Below are positions 28,576 through 37,597 of a stretch of DNA of 64,000 bases, piece after piece. The position numbers and the translations under genes are program-made. The notes beneath the pieces were generated by a model. It was not told the DNA's origin, ran no database searches, and saw nothing but the letters and a program-made list of their open reading frames with translations. Where the stretch lies: contig CAYWZO010000002.1 of assembly GCA_964462865.1 (NCBI GenBank), forward strand, positions 820-64,819. The letters are read 5' to 3'. This DNA is from an uncultured Dehalococcoidaceae bacterium (GTDB lineage Bacteria > Chloroflexota > Dehalococcoidia > Dehalococcoidales > RBG-16-60-22). The number at the start of each line of letters is the position of its first letter. Within the stretch, counting starts at the first letter, position 1.

Positions 28576-29244
28576 TTACCCGATGTATATACTCACTTTC
28601 GCAGGGGCGGCCGCGTCGCTAAGTTCCCTGGTAAATACCCCAAATTCGATTCCCTTTTGCCGGCTGTACTGGTAGTTCAGGCTGGCGCTATCGGCCTGGG
28701 TGGAAACATTCTCCAGTTTCACCCCGCGCAGTTTGCTCTTGATAAAAGCCGTCAGCTTGGCTTCCATCTCGATATCACCCGGACTGCCGAAAGTGATAAT
28801 CAGGGTGCCGCGTCCGCCACCGGAATACCCCCTGGCCAGCTTGTGGCCGATGAGGGCGATTATAGCTATCGCGAAGAGAATACCTACCAGCAGGTAGTTA
28901 AAAATAGCGCTGCCGATGGAAGCGGCGATGAGCAGCATGACAAAGCCGATTTCGGCCGGGTCTTTCACCGGCGTGCGGAAGCGGATGATGGACAGCGCGC
29001 CGAGCAGACCGAGCGATAGCGGCAGCGAGAACTGTATGCCCAGGAACAGGGCGGTGATAGCCGGGCCCATCAGCAGAAAGGAGCGTTGCACCCCGGCCCC
29101 CACGTTTTGCCGTCCGTAGAAATAGTTATACATCAAAACAATCACGACCGAGCAGACCAGGGCGAAACCCAGCGCCACGATAACATCAGACAAAGCAAGG
29201 GGAGTATTGCGCTGGAACAGATCCAGCAAATCCTGCCATCTCAT
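28576..29244 (-). CDS. DUF4956-family membrane protein
   Basis: Four to five TM segments with GALSIIRFRTPVKDPAEIGFVMLLIAASIGSA, followed by a small C-terminal soluble domain. Confidence 0.75.
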   Translation of the reverse strand: MRWQDLLDLFQRNTPLALSDVIVALGFALVCSVVIVLMYNYFYGRQNVGAGVQRSFLLMGPAITALFLGIQFSLPLSLGLLGALSIIRFRTPVKDPAEIGFVMLLIAASIGSAIFNYLLVGILFAIAIIALIGHKLARGYSGGGRGTLIITFGSPGDIEMEAKLTAFIKSKLRGVKLENVSTQADSASLNYQYSRQKGIEFGVFTRELSDAAAPAKVSIYIG

Positions 29245-29289
29245 TTTTCCCGTTTCTCCTTTCCGGCAACCAGCCTGAACGTGTACTTT

Positions 29290-30060
29290 TTATTCCTGCC
29301 ACCAGTCCGCGGATTCCGGCGGTGCCAGGTGTGACTCCACACACCTGGCATACTTGGAAAAAGCGCTCCAGCGCGGGCCGGCCTGCTTCAGAGCGTACAG
29401 GTTCCGGGGCAGCACGGTGGTGCCCCCCTTTAGCTCCAGCACGGTGGCGTGTAACGTCATTCCGGAGACACGGCAGGGAAAACGAGGCCCTACCGGCCGC
29501 GAGGAGATATCCGTGTCATAGGTCACCGAAAGCCCGGTAGTCGGCTCGCGGAACCTCTGGCGGCGGTAGGAAATGATGACCACCGGGCCAAGCTGTCCTG
29601 GCGGCAGCCAGCCCATTTCCGGGAGCACCCGTTCCAGGGCAAGCTTCCGGATTAGCGCGGTCAGGTTGGCCGGCAGCAGTTCCGCGCCTTCCAGCGGCAC
29701 CGCCCGCCGGCGCTTGTCCGTGCCAAAGCCCGCTTTGGATTTTATTTCAATATAAGCCGTTAATTTTTGACCGGCGACGGGCACCTGATACCAGCGCAGC
29801 CTTACTTTATTCTTGTAAACATCTCCGTTCAGACATTCATGATAAGAGTCCAGGGCAGGGGTATCGAAATATATACTGAAGACCGGGTTCGCGGGAAAGA
29901 CCGGGTCGACGATGCAGGCATGGTGGAGCCATCTCTTAACGAACGCAACGAAACGAGGCTGGATAACCAGTTTCTGTTCGAAACGCCGTATCCTGGTATC
30001 AGTTAACGTCATATCTGCTTTCCGTACCGCCTTTAAAAAATACTGCTTGTTCCGGGGCAC
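29290..30060 (-). CDS. VTC-domain (CYTH-like polyphosphate polymerase domain) protein
   Basis: RRFEQKLVI, SIYFDTPALDSYHECL, KVRLRWY, AYIEIKSK, DKRR, LELK and FSKY, in the order of bacterial VTC-domain proteins. Alternative start at ATG 30012. Confidence 0.8.
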   Translation of the reverse strand: MPRNKQYFLKAVRKADMTLTDTRIRRFEQKLVIQPRFVAFVKRWLHHACIVDPVFPANPVFSIYFDTPALDSYHECLNGDVYKNKVRLRWYQVPVAGQKLTAYIEIKSKAGFGTDKRRRAVPLEGAELLPANLTALIRKLALERVLPEMGWLPPGQLGPVVIISYRRQRFREPTTGLSVTYDTDISSRPVGPRFPCRVSGMTLHATVLELKGGTTVLPRNLYALKQAGPRWSAFSKYARCVESHLAPPESADWWQE

Positions 30061-30069
30061 ACCCGAGCG

Positions 30070-31281
30070 CTACGGCTGGGACGAGGTTACGTTATCCGTT
30101 CCGTAAACGCGTAGCCCGGCGAAGGACACGAACTCCGGGCTGGTGATGAGCAGACGGTAGTACTGGTGCGCCCCGGCATCCCCGGGCAGGAGGAACGTTA
30201 TCCAGTCGGAGCCGTTCAACTCACTATTTTCCAATTTCAGCCTGACCAGCCCGGTCCATGCCTCGCCGTCGGGGCTGGTCTGGAGTTCGGCGCCGTCGCC
30301 GCGCCACAGCTGACCGGGATTGTCCGGCCGCGGCTTGACGTCCAGCGCCGCAAGCTGCCGGGCCTCGCCCAGGTCGATTTTTACCCATTCCGACTTGGTT
30401 GCATGAGGCAGGACGACGTGCCAGAAGCCGGTCTCCTTCAGCAACGCCTCCGGACCGTAGTTCTGGAAAACGCTGGAAACCTCTAACATAGCTAACTGGA
30501 GCGTGATTTGCTGGTACATGGTCAGGTTGCCTGTGCCCTGGCTGCCGATTGCCACAGGCAGCGCCGGCTCTACCGGGGTCGGCACAGGAACCACCGAAGG
30601 CTCACCTTCTCCACTGCCTTCTTCGTAAACACGTAACCCGGCAATGGAAACAAACTCCGGACTGGTAATAAGCAAGCGATAATAACGGTAGGCCCCGGCA
30701 TCCCCGGGCAGGAGGAACGTTATCCAGTCGGAGCCGTTCAGTTTACTATTTTCCAGTTTCAGCCTGACCAGACCGGTCCATGCCCTGCCATCGGGGCTGG
30801 TCTGGAGTGCGGCGCCCTCACCGCGCCACAGCTGCTCGGGATTGTCCGGCCGCGGCTTGACGGCCAGCGCCTCAAGCTGGCGGGCCTCACCCAGGTCAAC
30901 CTTTAACCATTCCGTCGCTGCCTTCGGAGATAAAACAACATGCCAGAAGCTGGTCTCTTTCAGTAGCGCTTCAGGACCGAAGTTCTGGAGAACGCTGGAG
31001 ACTTCCACCATCGACACCTGGAGCTCGATTTGTTTATATTCCTTCAGGTTACCGGTGTTCTGACTGCCGGTGATAACCGGTATCAAAGGCTCCGGGACAG
31101 TGGGGGCTAACGTCAGCGGGGGCACCTGTGTTGTTGTTGGGGCTGGAGTTAAAGCCGGGGCCGTTGTTGACGGATACACCGTCGGCAGGCTTTCAACCCC
31201 GCTGACTTCCGCCTGGCCACAACTGGTACCAATCCCGGCGAGAGATAATATCAACAGTGAAACTAATATTACTTTAATCAT
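30070..31281 (-). CDS. Lipoprotein with Pro/Thr-rich linker and two nearly identical discoidin-like domains
   Basis: Lipobox IGTSC. Two 174-aa repeats each read EALLKET(S/G)FWHVVL...(V/I)DLGEARQL.AL.VKPRPDNP.QLWRG...LQTSPDG.AWTGLVRLKLENS.LNGSDWITFLLPGDAGA..YYRLLITSPEFVS.AGLRVY. Confidence 0.8.
   Translation of the reverse strand: MIKVILVSLLILSLAGIGTSCGQAEVSGVESLPTVYPSTTAPALTPAPTTTQVPPLTLAPTVPEPLIPVITGSQNTGNLKEYKQIELQVSMVEVSSVLQNFGPEALLKETSFWHVVLSPKAATEWLKVDLGEARQLEALAVKPRPDNPEQLWRGEGAALQTSPDGRAWTGLVRLKLENSKLNGSDWITFLLPGDAGAYRYYRLLITSPEFVSIAGLRVYEEGSGEGEPSVVPVPTPVEPALPVAIGSQGTGNLTMYQQITLQLAMLEVSSVFQNYGPEALLKETGFWHVVLPHATKSEWVKIDLGEARQLAALDVKPRPDNPGQLWRGDGAELQTSPDGEAWTGLVRLKLENSELNGSDWITFLLPGDAGAHQYYRLLITSPEFVSFAGLRVYGTDNVTSSQP
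30103..31100. repeat. Intragenic tandem duplication, period 522 nt (two domain-encoding copies)
   Basis: Copy 1 starts at 30103 and copy 2 at 30625. A 49-nt block is identical between copies (30170-30218 = 30692-30740), while flanking codons differ mostly at synonymous sites. Confidence 0.85.
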
Positions 31282-31297
31282 GTCGCTTTTCTCCTAT

Positions 31298-32794
31298 TCA
31301 GGAACCTGCTTTCTCTGCTTTGACATGTCCGATGATGTTGGCAGGCTCGCTTATTTTCCTGAAAGATTCCAGATGCCAGCTCTTCTGGGCGATTTTCCAG
31401 AAACCCCTGAAACCCAGTTTCATGGGGTATATCCGGGACTTATTTAAATACGCTTTGACCAGATAGTAGAGAATAAAGTAGAAGCGGTTAAACGGCAGGG
31501 GCAGCAACCACCGGTAGATAAATTTCCGGGTAAAAGGCAACCATACCATCAGCGGCCCCAGGGCGGAAAGATTCCGCTGGACGTTCTTTTCACTTTCGGA
31601 GAAACAGGTAAGCGGCGACTCATTCATATAAGACATGTGCAGCTCGGAATAAGTCGGCCGGTAAATTCCCTCCTTGATGCAATAATCCCCCAGTTTGGTG
31701 CAGGGATAGGGATGGAAAATCGGGAACTCCGAATAGGAAGCCCCGGCCCGGATGTTCAACTCGATAGTCTCAATCTCGTTCTGCAGCGTGGCGCGAGGCA
31801 GGCCCAGGATGCTGTTGGAAAAGGTATGGATACCGCGCCGCCGGCAAATATCGAAAGCCCGGATGATATCGTTTTCCTGCATATTACGCTGCAGGACTTC
31901 GTTGCGGAACCGCTCGTTGCCGGCCTCAATAGACATGCTGATGGAGTGACAACCGGCCGCCTTGAGCATTCTGGCCATGTCCTCGGTCATCAGGTCAGCG
32001 CGGGTAAGGCAGTGAAACGGCAGACCAATGCGCCGCTTGAACTTGACGGCGAAATCTTCCAGCCAGTCGTCCGACCGGTAGGTGAAGACATCGTCGTAGA
32101 ACTTGACCACCTGAAGTGGATACTTCTCTTTAACGCGTGCCACTTCCTCGACGATATAGTCCACGGAATGGCGACGGACGATGCGTCCTTTATTATGATA
32201 CATCTGGCGGAAAACGTGATTGAAACAATAAGTGCAGTAATAGGGACACCCGCGTGAGGCCATGAAGCTCTTCAGGGGCCAGCCCCGCATTTCCGTCGTA
32301 GTATAAAAGAGCTCACGGTCCGGGAAAGGGAGACTATCCAGGTCCTCTTTCAGGGGCCGCAGGTCGGTATTACCCCCCTGTCTGGTAACGATGTTAGGGA
32401 TATTGGTTATATCGTGTCCGTTTTCCAGGGCGGCCAGTAACTCGGTAAAGGCTTCGTCCCCTTCGCCGATGCAGATGGCATCCAGGGTACTGATACGCAG
32501 AGTCTCGGGGAAAAAGGTAACATGCGGCCCGCCCATCACCGTGAATACCCCGGGATGTGCGGCTTTGAGCCTTTCATTAAACTCGATGTAATACTTGTGT
32601 TCCCCAGTAGAGCCGCTGTAGGCGATTACGTCCGGGGCATCCCTCTGTATAATCGCCATGACGTTTTCCCGGCTCAAGATGCCCAGGCCGATGGTATGCC
32701 CGGCCTGTCGGGCCAGTGCCGAAATCTGCATCAGCCCCACGGAATCTATATAGTCAATATCCCAGACGATAAACAATATTTTCATTTCACTCAA
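31298..32794 (-). CDS. B12-binding radical SAM enzyme (class B, methyltransferase-like)
   Basis: N-terminal cobalamin-binding-like domain (KILFIVWDIDY...GEGDEAF) followed by the cluster motif SRGCPYYCTYC. Confidence 0.8.
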   Translation of the reverse strand: MSEMKILFIVWDIDYIDSVGLMQISALARQAGHTIGLGILSRENVMAIIQRDAPDVIAYSGSTGEHKYYIEFNERLKAAHPGVFTVMGGPHVTFFPETLRISTLDAICIGEGDEAFTELLAALENGHDITNIPNIVTRQGGNTDLRPLKEDLDSLPFPDRELFYTTTEMRGWPLKSFMASRGCPYYCTYCFNHVFRQMYHNKGRIVRRHSVDYIVEEVARVKEKYPLQVVKFYDDVFTYRSDDWLEDFAVKFKRRIGLPFHCLTRADLMTEDMARMLKAAGCHSISMSIEAGNERFRNEVLQRNMQENDIIRAFDICRRRGIHTFSNSILGLPRATLQNEIETIELNIRAGASYSEFPIFHPYPCTKLGDYCIKEGIYRPTYSELHMSYMNESPLTCFSESEKNVQRNLSALGPLMVWLPFTRKFIYRWLLPLPFNRFYFILYYLVKAYLNKSRIYPMKLGFRGFWKIAQKSWHLESFRKISEPANIIGHVKAEKAGS

Positions 32795-32825
32795 ACATAT
32801 CCCCTATCAGCGTAAGAGTCAGTTC

Positions 32826-33983
32826 TTATCCTTTATAAAATTTGATAATTGTGTCTATCACGTAATCTAACTGGGACTCGGTCAGGTGCTGGTGCACCGG
32901 AAGCGTCAGTATCGATTTAGCCTGGGTTTCGGTGACGGGGAAATCGCCTTCCTTGTAGCCCAGGAACTGGGCAGCCTCCTGAAGGTGCAGCGGTACGGGA
33001 TAATGGACCTTGGCCTCGATGCCGTTATCCAGCAGGCATTTATACAGATCGTTCCTCTTTTTTACCTGAATGACATAGGTATGAAAGACCTGCCTGATAT
33101 TAGGTTCCCTGACCGGAATATGGATGTGGTCCTCCATTCCGGCCAGCCCGGTATCATAGATACGGGCGTGTTTAATACGGGTGGCGGTAATATCTCCCAG
33201 GTCCTGCATCAGGCGCAGGGCTACAATCGCCTGAAGAGTATCGAGGCGGCTGTTATAAGCAAACGTGACACATTCATCGCGGTTGATAATACCGTGGTTC
33301 CGTAGCAGTGTTAACTTATCCCGGTATTCCTCCGAATTGGTGGTCACCATGCCGCCGTCACCCCAGACGTTAAGGTTCTTGAGCGGGTGCATGCTGAATC
33401 CGGCGATGTCTCCGAAAGAACCGGTCGGTCGCTCGTCGATCGCGGCGCTGATGGCCTGAGCGGCGTCCTCGATGACGTAGAGTCCATATCTCCGGGCGAT
33501 TTCCAGAATGCGCGGCATGTCCGCGGGTTTACCCGTCAGGTGCACCGGCATAATCGCTCTGGTTCTCGACGTAATGGCAGCCTCGATGAACTCGGGGTCG
33601 ATGTTGTAATCGTCTTTAACATCTACATAAACCGGGGTCGCCCCCGCCGCCACGATGGCGCCTGTGGTGGCCAGAAAGCTATTGGGCGGGGTAATAACCT
33701 CATCTCCAGCGCCGATACCCAGCACTTTCAAGGCCAGGAACAACGCGTCCGTCCCCGAGTTAACCCCCACGGCACACCTCACCTGGCAGAGCGTGGCAAA
33801 CTTTGCTTCAAATTCCGCCACCTGCGGGCCGAGAGTATACTGCCCGGTCTTGAGCAATAATTCTCTGACATCGTTCAACATATCCTCGGCATGCGCCTGC
33901 TTGGGGAGGTCGATGTATTTAACTTTCACGTCCTTGCTATCCAGATTGAATTGCTGCAGCAGATAAGAATAGGCGACCTTCAT
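32826..33983 (-). CDS. DegT/DnrJ/EryC1-family PLP sugar aminotransferase
   Basis: GTDALFLALKVLGIGAGDEVITPPNSF, DAAQA, and FSMHPLKNLN (PLP Lys). Confidence 0.85.
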   Translation of the reverse strand: MKVAYSYLLQQFNLDSKDVKVKYIDLPKQAHAEDMLNDVRELLLKTGQYTLGPQVAEFEAKFATLCQVRCAVGVNSGTDALFLALKVLGIGAGDEVITPPNSFLATTGAIVAAGATPVYVDVKDDYNIDPEFIEAAITSRTRAIMPVHLTGKPADMPRILEIARRYGLYVIEDAAQAISAAIDERPTGSFGDIAGFSMHPLKNLNVWGDGGMVTTNSEEYRDKLTLLRNHGIINRDECVTFAYNSRLDTLQAIVALRLMQDLGDITATRIKHARIYDTGLAGMEDHIHIPVREPNIRQVFHTYVIQVKKRNDLYKCLLDNGIEAKVHYPVPLHLQEAAQFLGYKEGDFPVTETQAKSILTLPVHQHLTESQLDYVIDTIIKFYKG

Positions 33984-34012
33984 CTTCTCACTCCTTTTTT
34001 AATTTCCGGTTT

Positions 34013-35425
34013 TTACCAGCGGAAAATACCGGGGAAAAACGTTTTCAGGCCGTAGTATCCCTCCATGAAGAATGTGCCCCGGCGCAGGGCAATCACCGTC
34101 CTCCGTAAAAGATACCTGGGATTCAGGTAGAAACGGGAGTAAAATTTATCATAATATTTCTGCATGATTTCATGGCTTAAGTTCGGGTGGGTATAGACTT
34201 CACCCCCGCCGTGGATTTTGTACTGCGTCCAGTCCCGGCTTTTAATAAGTCCTTTTTTCTCGTATTCCCAGAAAAGCCGGGCATCCGGTAAAGGCATGGT
34301 TACCGTTACCTTGGCAAAGTCCGGCATTAACCTCACGGCGAAGTCAATGGTCCGCTTCATGCTCTCTTCGGTCTCGGCGGGCAGCCCCAGCATGAAATAG
34401 CCGACCGTTTCCAATCCGACTTTCTTGGCCATTGCCAGGGCCCGCTCACCCTGCTCCAGGGTTATACCCTTGCTGATGGAATCCAGGCAGGTCTGGTCAC
34501 CGCTCTCGAAGCCGAAAGCCACAGTATAAAGCCCGGCGCGCTTGGCAATCTGGAAAAATTCCATGTCCACCCGGTCGACGCGCAGGCCGGCGGCCAGGTT
34601 CCAGGGGAACTTCAATCCCTCCCGGATAATCATCTCGCAGATGGTCTTGGCGCGGTTGATATCGGTGGTGAACATATCGTCCAGGAAACGCAACTCACGG
34701 TAACCCAGGGACAGCGTATGCTTGATTTCCTCGATGACCCGCTCCGGCGATTTGGTGATGAAACGCCGCCCGAATACTGTCTTACCGCAAAAGCTGCAGT
34801 CAAAGACACACCCCCGGCTGGTCATGATATCGCTCATGGGGGACTCGCGGGAGACCAGGCGGGAACACTTATAGCGGCGGATATCGAAAAGGTCCAGGGC
34901 CGGGAAGGGAAGCGCGTCCAGGTCCTCGATACGGCCCCGCGGCGCGGTGTGCTGTGTGTGGCCGTTCTCCCGGTAGTAGATGCCCTTGACATCAGCCAGT
35001 TTCTTGCCCCCGGCAATGTCCACGATGGTCCTGTCCCCCTCACCCACGGCCGCGATATCGTAAGTCGATTCGTTCAGAGTATCCTCCGGCAGAGCCGAGG
35101 CGTGAGGCCCGCCGATGACCGTCGTCACTTCCTTGCCGAGTTTCTCCTTGGCCCTGCGGCTGATTTCCAGAGCCTCAAAATACAGGGGTGTCGTGGCGGA
35201 AACGCCGACAATCCTGGGCCTCTGCTGCAACGCTTCATCCAGAGCTTTCGTGGGGTCTGGCTCGATGCCCAGGTCCAGCAATGAGACACTGATTTTCGCC
35301 TCGCGCAGCGTGGCCGCCAGACAGGCGATGGAAAGAATAGGATATCTCTGCACATAGGCAGTGACCTTGGTACCTTCGTACGCGTTAAAAGCTGAAGGTG
35401 GATTGATTAATAATACGTCACTCAT
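34013..35425 (-). CDS. B12-binding radical SAM enzyme (class B), second copy
   Basis: VLLINPP...VGVSATTP...GGPHASALP...GEGDRT, then TSRGCVFDCSFCGK. Confidence 0.8.
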   Translation of the reverse strand: MSDVLLINPPSAFNAYEGTKVTAYVQRYPILSIACLAATLREAKISVSLLDLGIEPDPTKALDEALQQRPRIVGVSATTPLYFEALEISRRAKEKLGKEVTTVIGGPHASALPEDTLNESTYDIAAVGEGDRTIVDIAGGKKLADVKGIYYRENGHTQHTAPRGRIEDLDALPFPALDLFDIRRYKCSRLVSRESPMSDIMTSRGCVFDCSFCGKTVFGRRFITKSPERVIEEIKHTLSLGYRELRFLDDMFTTDINRAKTICEMIIREGLKFPWNLAAGLRVDRVDMEFFQIAKRAGLYTVAFGFESGDQTCLDSISKGITLEQGERALAMAKKVGLETVGYFMLGLPAETEESMKRTIDFAVRLMPDFAKVTVTMPLPDARLFWEYEKKGLIKSRDWTQYKIHGGGEVYTHPNLSHEIMQKYYDKFYSRFYLNPRYLLRRTVIALRRGTFFMEGYYGLKTFFPGIFRW

Positions 35426-35472
35426 GTCTGTCCTCCCCGATTATGTTATGTAAAATACATCCCTGATTTTGC

Positions 35473-37593
35473 TCAATAATTCAACGAAAGATGGTATTCC
35501 TGGAAACCCCGCGGTTGAAATTCAATCTCTGGATAAACGTCCCCCGGCTGCCTGTCACGTATCTCATAGCGGCTGTGGTCAAATTCAAGATAGGTATGGG
35601 CAAAATAATATGGTTTGCGGTATTCCATACGGTACAAAGGCCCTAACTTCAGCTCGCGTCCGGTTAATACCTCGCCGGTATCGTCCCGCGTTTTTTCCGC
35701 GAGCTCTCCGTTAACAATCAGTCCGTATTCTCCGCCGCTCTTCACCAGGACGAAATGGTTCATGGAGACGGGGGACACGGTCACCGGCTGGCTCCGGTAA
35801 ACACTGGATTCCACCTCGTTCCCGTTTTGCGTTAGCGTATAGCCCAGTTCGAGATGGTAACTCGCGGGACGGCGGGCTGATGCCGTTCCGTTACCGTCGG
35901 AATACAGGCGGAGCCACCATCGGCGGCCGGCGGAAGCATCCGCCGGGGATAGTATTTCAATATATCTTTCGGTAATCGCGGGGTGAGGCATAATGCCGAA
36001 GGTCAGGCTGAAATCGCCCGTTTCCGGGGTCAATCCCGATGCTTCTCTGGTAACCACCTGCGGGCCCGGGTCACCATCCGGCCAGGCCAGGACATGGGTC
36101 GCCCGGTCCAGGCTCAAGGTCAGGCGCGGATTGTCTATAAACACGTAGGGGACGATATCGGTGCCCCAGGCCAGTTTCTCATGGGACGGGTAGGCAGATT
36201 CGGCCAGGAAAAGGGTATATTCGCTGTTCTCTGCGGCGCAGAGCCATTTCTCGGCGGTATAATAAATGGCATTGGTATGATACCGGTAATCCGTATACTC
36301 TTTCAGCGTCCAGACCGTCTTGGCAGTGTTCAGATTGAATAATATGATTACGGCCGCAATGAGTATAAAAGTGATATCGCGGGCACGCAGGGACAGCAGA
36401 CTGCCGGCATCCTCGTCTTGGGCGTTGAAATAGCGCTCGTAAAACAGGGTGGCCGTGACAATCAGCAGCAAAGCCGGGAAATAGGCATGGCGGGGCTGGC
36501 TAATGGTATAGGCGATACCCCGGCCCAGAAGAATAACCAGGGTATACCCACCCGCCCACAAAAATAACAGTCCGGCCAGCGGCAGGTGGCCGCGGGTGGG
36601 GCGGCGGGCTGTAACCAGCAAACCGAGCACGATAAGATAACATAGATAATTGTATCGTGAGAGGGCACCCCACCAGGTGAAGGACTGCGCCGTGAACGGT
36701 ACGTAAAACACCAGCTCGTCAAAGACCACCCGGGAAGTGGCGAAGCAATTATGCAGGAAGACCGTGTTGAAAAACTCAATGGGCACACCCGATAGCGAAT
36801 ACAATATATTATTGCCCGTGACAAGACCTCCGGGCGTTCCGGCAAAACGCGGCATCAGGGAGAAATAGAGGATTCCGTAGATGAGATAGCTGGCGGCGGC
36901 CGGCAAAGCGTTGTCCCAGAAGAGGCCGCGGCGGTTTTCCGTGTTCCAGCCCATAATCAGGGCCAAAAGCAGGAGCGCGCCCGGTAAAAATATATTAGGT
37001 TCATAGAGAAAAAGGGTGAGAAAAGCCAGTCCGTAAGCCGTATAGAGAAACCCTTTTTGCTGCCGTCGGGCAGACCATACAATACAGAGCATGGCCAGCA
37101 GCGAGAGAGAGACACTTAACAGTGAGTAAAAACTGATTGGCCACGCTATGCTGGGCAGGTTGGTGAAAAGCGTGATGAAAATTGCGGCCGCCAGCAGGGC
37201 CGGAACAATCTTCCGGGTCACCTCACGGACAAACTGGAAAAGCAGGGCTCCGTTGAGGGCGTGCAGCAGTACCACCACGAGGTGATAGTACTGGAAATGG
37301 ACGCCGAAGGCTTTTATCTGGAAAAACTCCAGCAGCCAGGTAAGAGGTTGAAAGCGTGATTGCCCCAGCAGCTCCATAAAGGCAATCTGCGAGACATCGC
37401 CGGGGAAGCTCAAGCGGTCAAGTATGGTATGGATGACGACGCTGTCCGAACGCGGCAAGTCGGAGAGCGTGCCCCAGTAGACGATGAGGGTGTAGGCCAG
37501 CGCCAGCACGAACACCATCACCCCGACCGGGATATAGCGCGTTCCCCGTTGCCACCGGCTAATAAGACCGTTTTTCACACTGCCGTGTTCCAT
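35473..37593 (-). CDS. GT-C-type membrane glycosyltransferase candidate (PMT/ArnT/TMTC-like N-terminus) with C-terminal LamG/concanavalin-like domain
   Basis: RFQPLTWLLEFFQIKAFGVHFQYYHLVVVLLHALNGALLF resembles the loop1-TM2 signature of PMT_2/TMTC-type GT-C enzymes. About 11 TM segments. The C-terminus reads HFVLVKSGGEYGLIVNGELA...LKLGP (LamG-like). Confidence 0.55.
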   Translation of the reverse strand: MEHGSVKNGLISRWQRGTRYIPVGVMVFVLALAYTLIVYWGTLSDLPRSDSVVIHTILDRLSFPGDVSQIAFMELLGQSRFQPLTWLLEFFQIKAFGVHFQYYHLVVVLLHALNGALLFQFVREVTRKIVPALLAAAIFITLFTNLPSIAWPISFYSLLSVSLSLLAMLCIVWSARRQQKGFLYTAYGLAFLTLFLYEPNIFLPGALLLLALIMGWNTENRRGLFWDNALPAAASYLIYGILYFSLMPRFAGTPGGLVTGNNILYSLSGVPIEFFNTVFLHNCFATSRVVFDELVFYVPFTAQSFTWWGALSRYNYLCYLIVLGLLVTARRPTRGHLPLAGLLFLWAGGYTLVILLGRGIAYTISQPRHAYFPALLLIVTATLFYERYFNAQDEDAGSLLSLRARDITFILIAAVIILFNLNTAKTVWTLKEYTDYRYHTNAIYYTAEKWLCAAENSEYTLFLAESAYPSHEKLAWGTDIVPYVFIDNPRLTLSLDRATHVLAWPDGDPGPQVVTREASGLTPETGDFSLTFGIMPHPAITERYIEILSPADASAGRRWWLRLYSDGNGTASARRPASYHLELGYTLTQNGNEVESSVYRSQPVTVSPVSMNHFVLVKSGGEYGLIVNGELAEKTRDDTGEVLTGRELKLGPLYRMEYRKPYYFAHTYLEFDHSRYEIRDRQPGDVYPEIEFQPRGFQEYHLSLNY

Positions 37594-37597
37594 AGCT

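Noticed and set aside
30103-31100. Possible diversity-generating retroelement (template/variable repeat pair) in the lectin lipoprotein
   Set aside because: No reverse transcriptase gene is present in the window. Both repeat copies are coding. Differences are not confined to adenine positions of one copy: C/G, T/C and A/T changes occur in both directions. Many differences are synonymous, which fits ordinary duplication plus drift or gene conversion.
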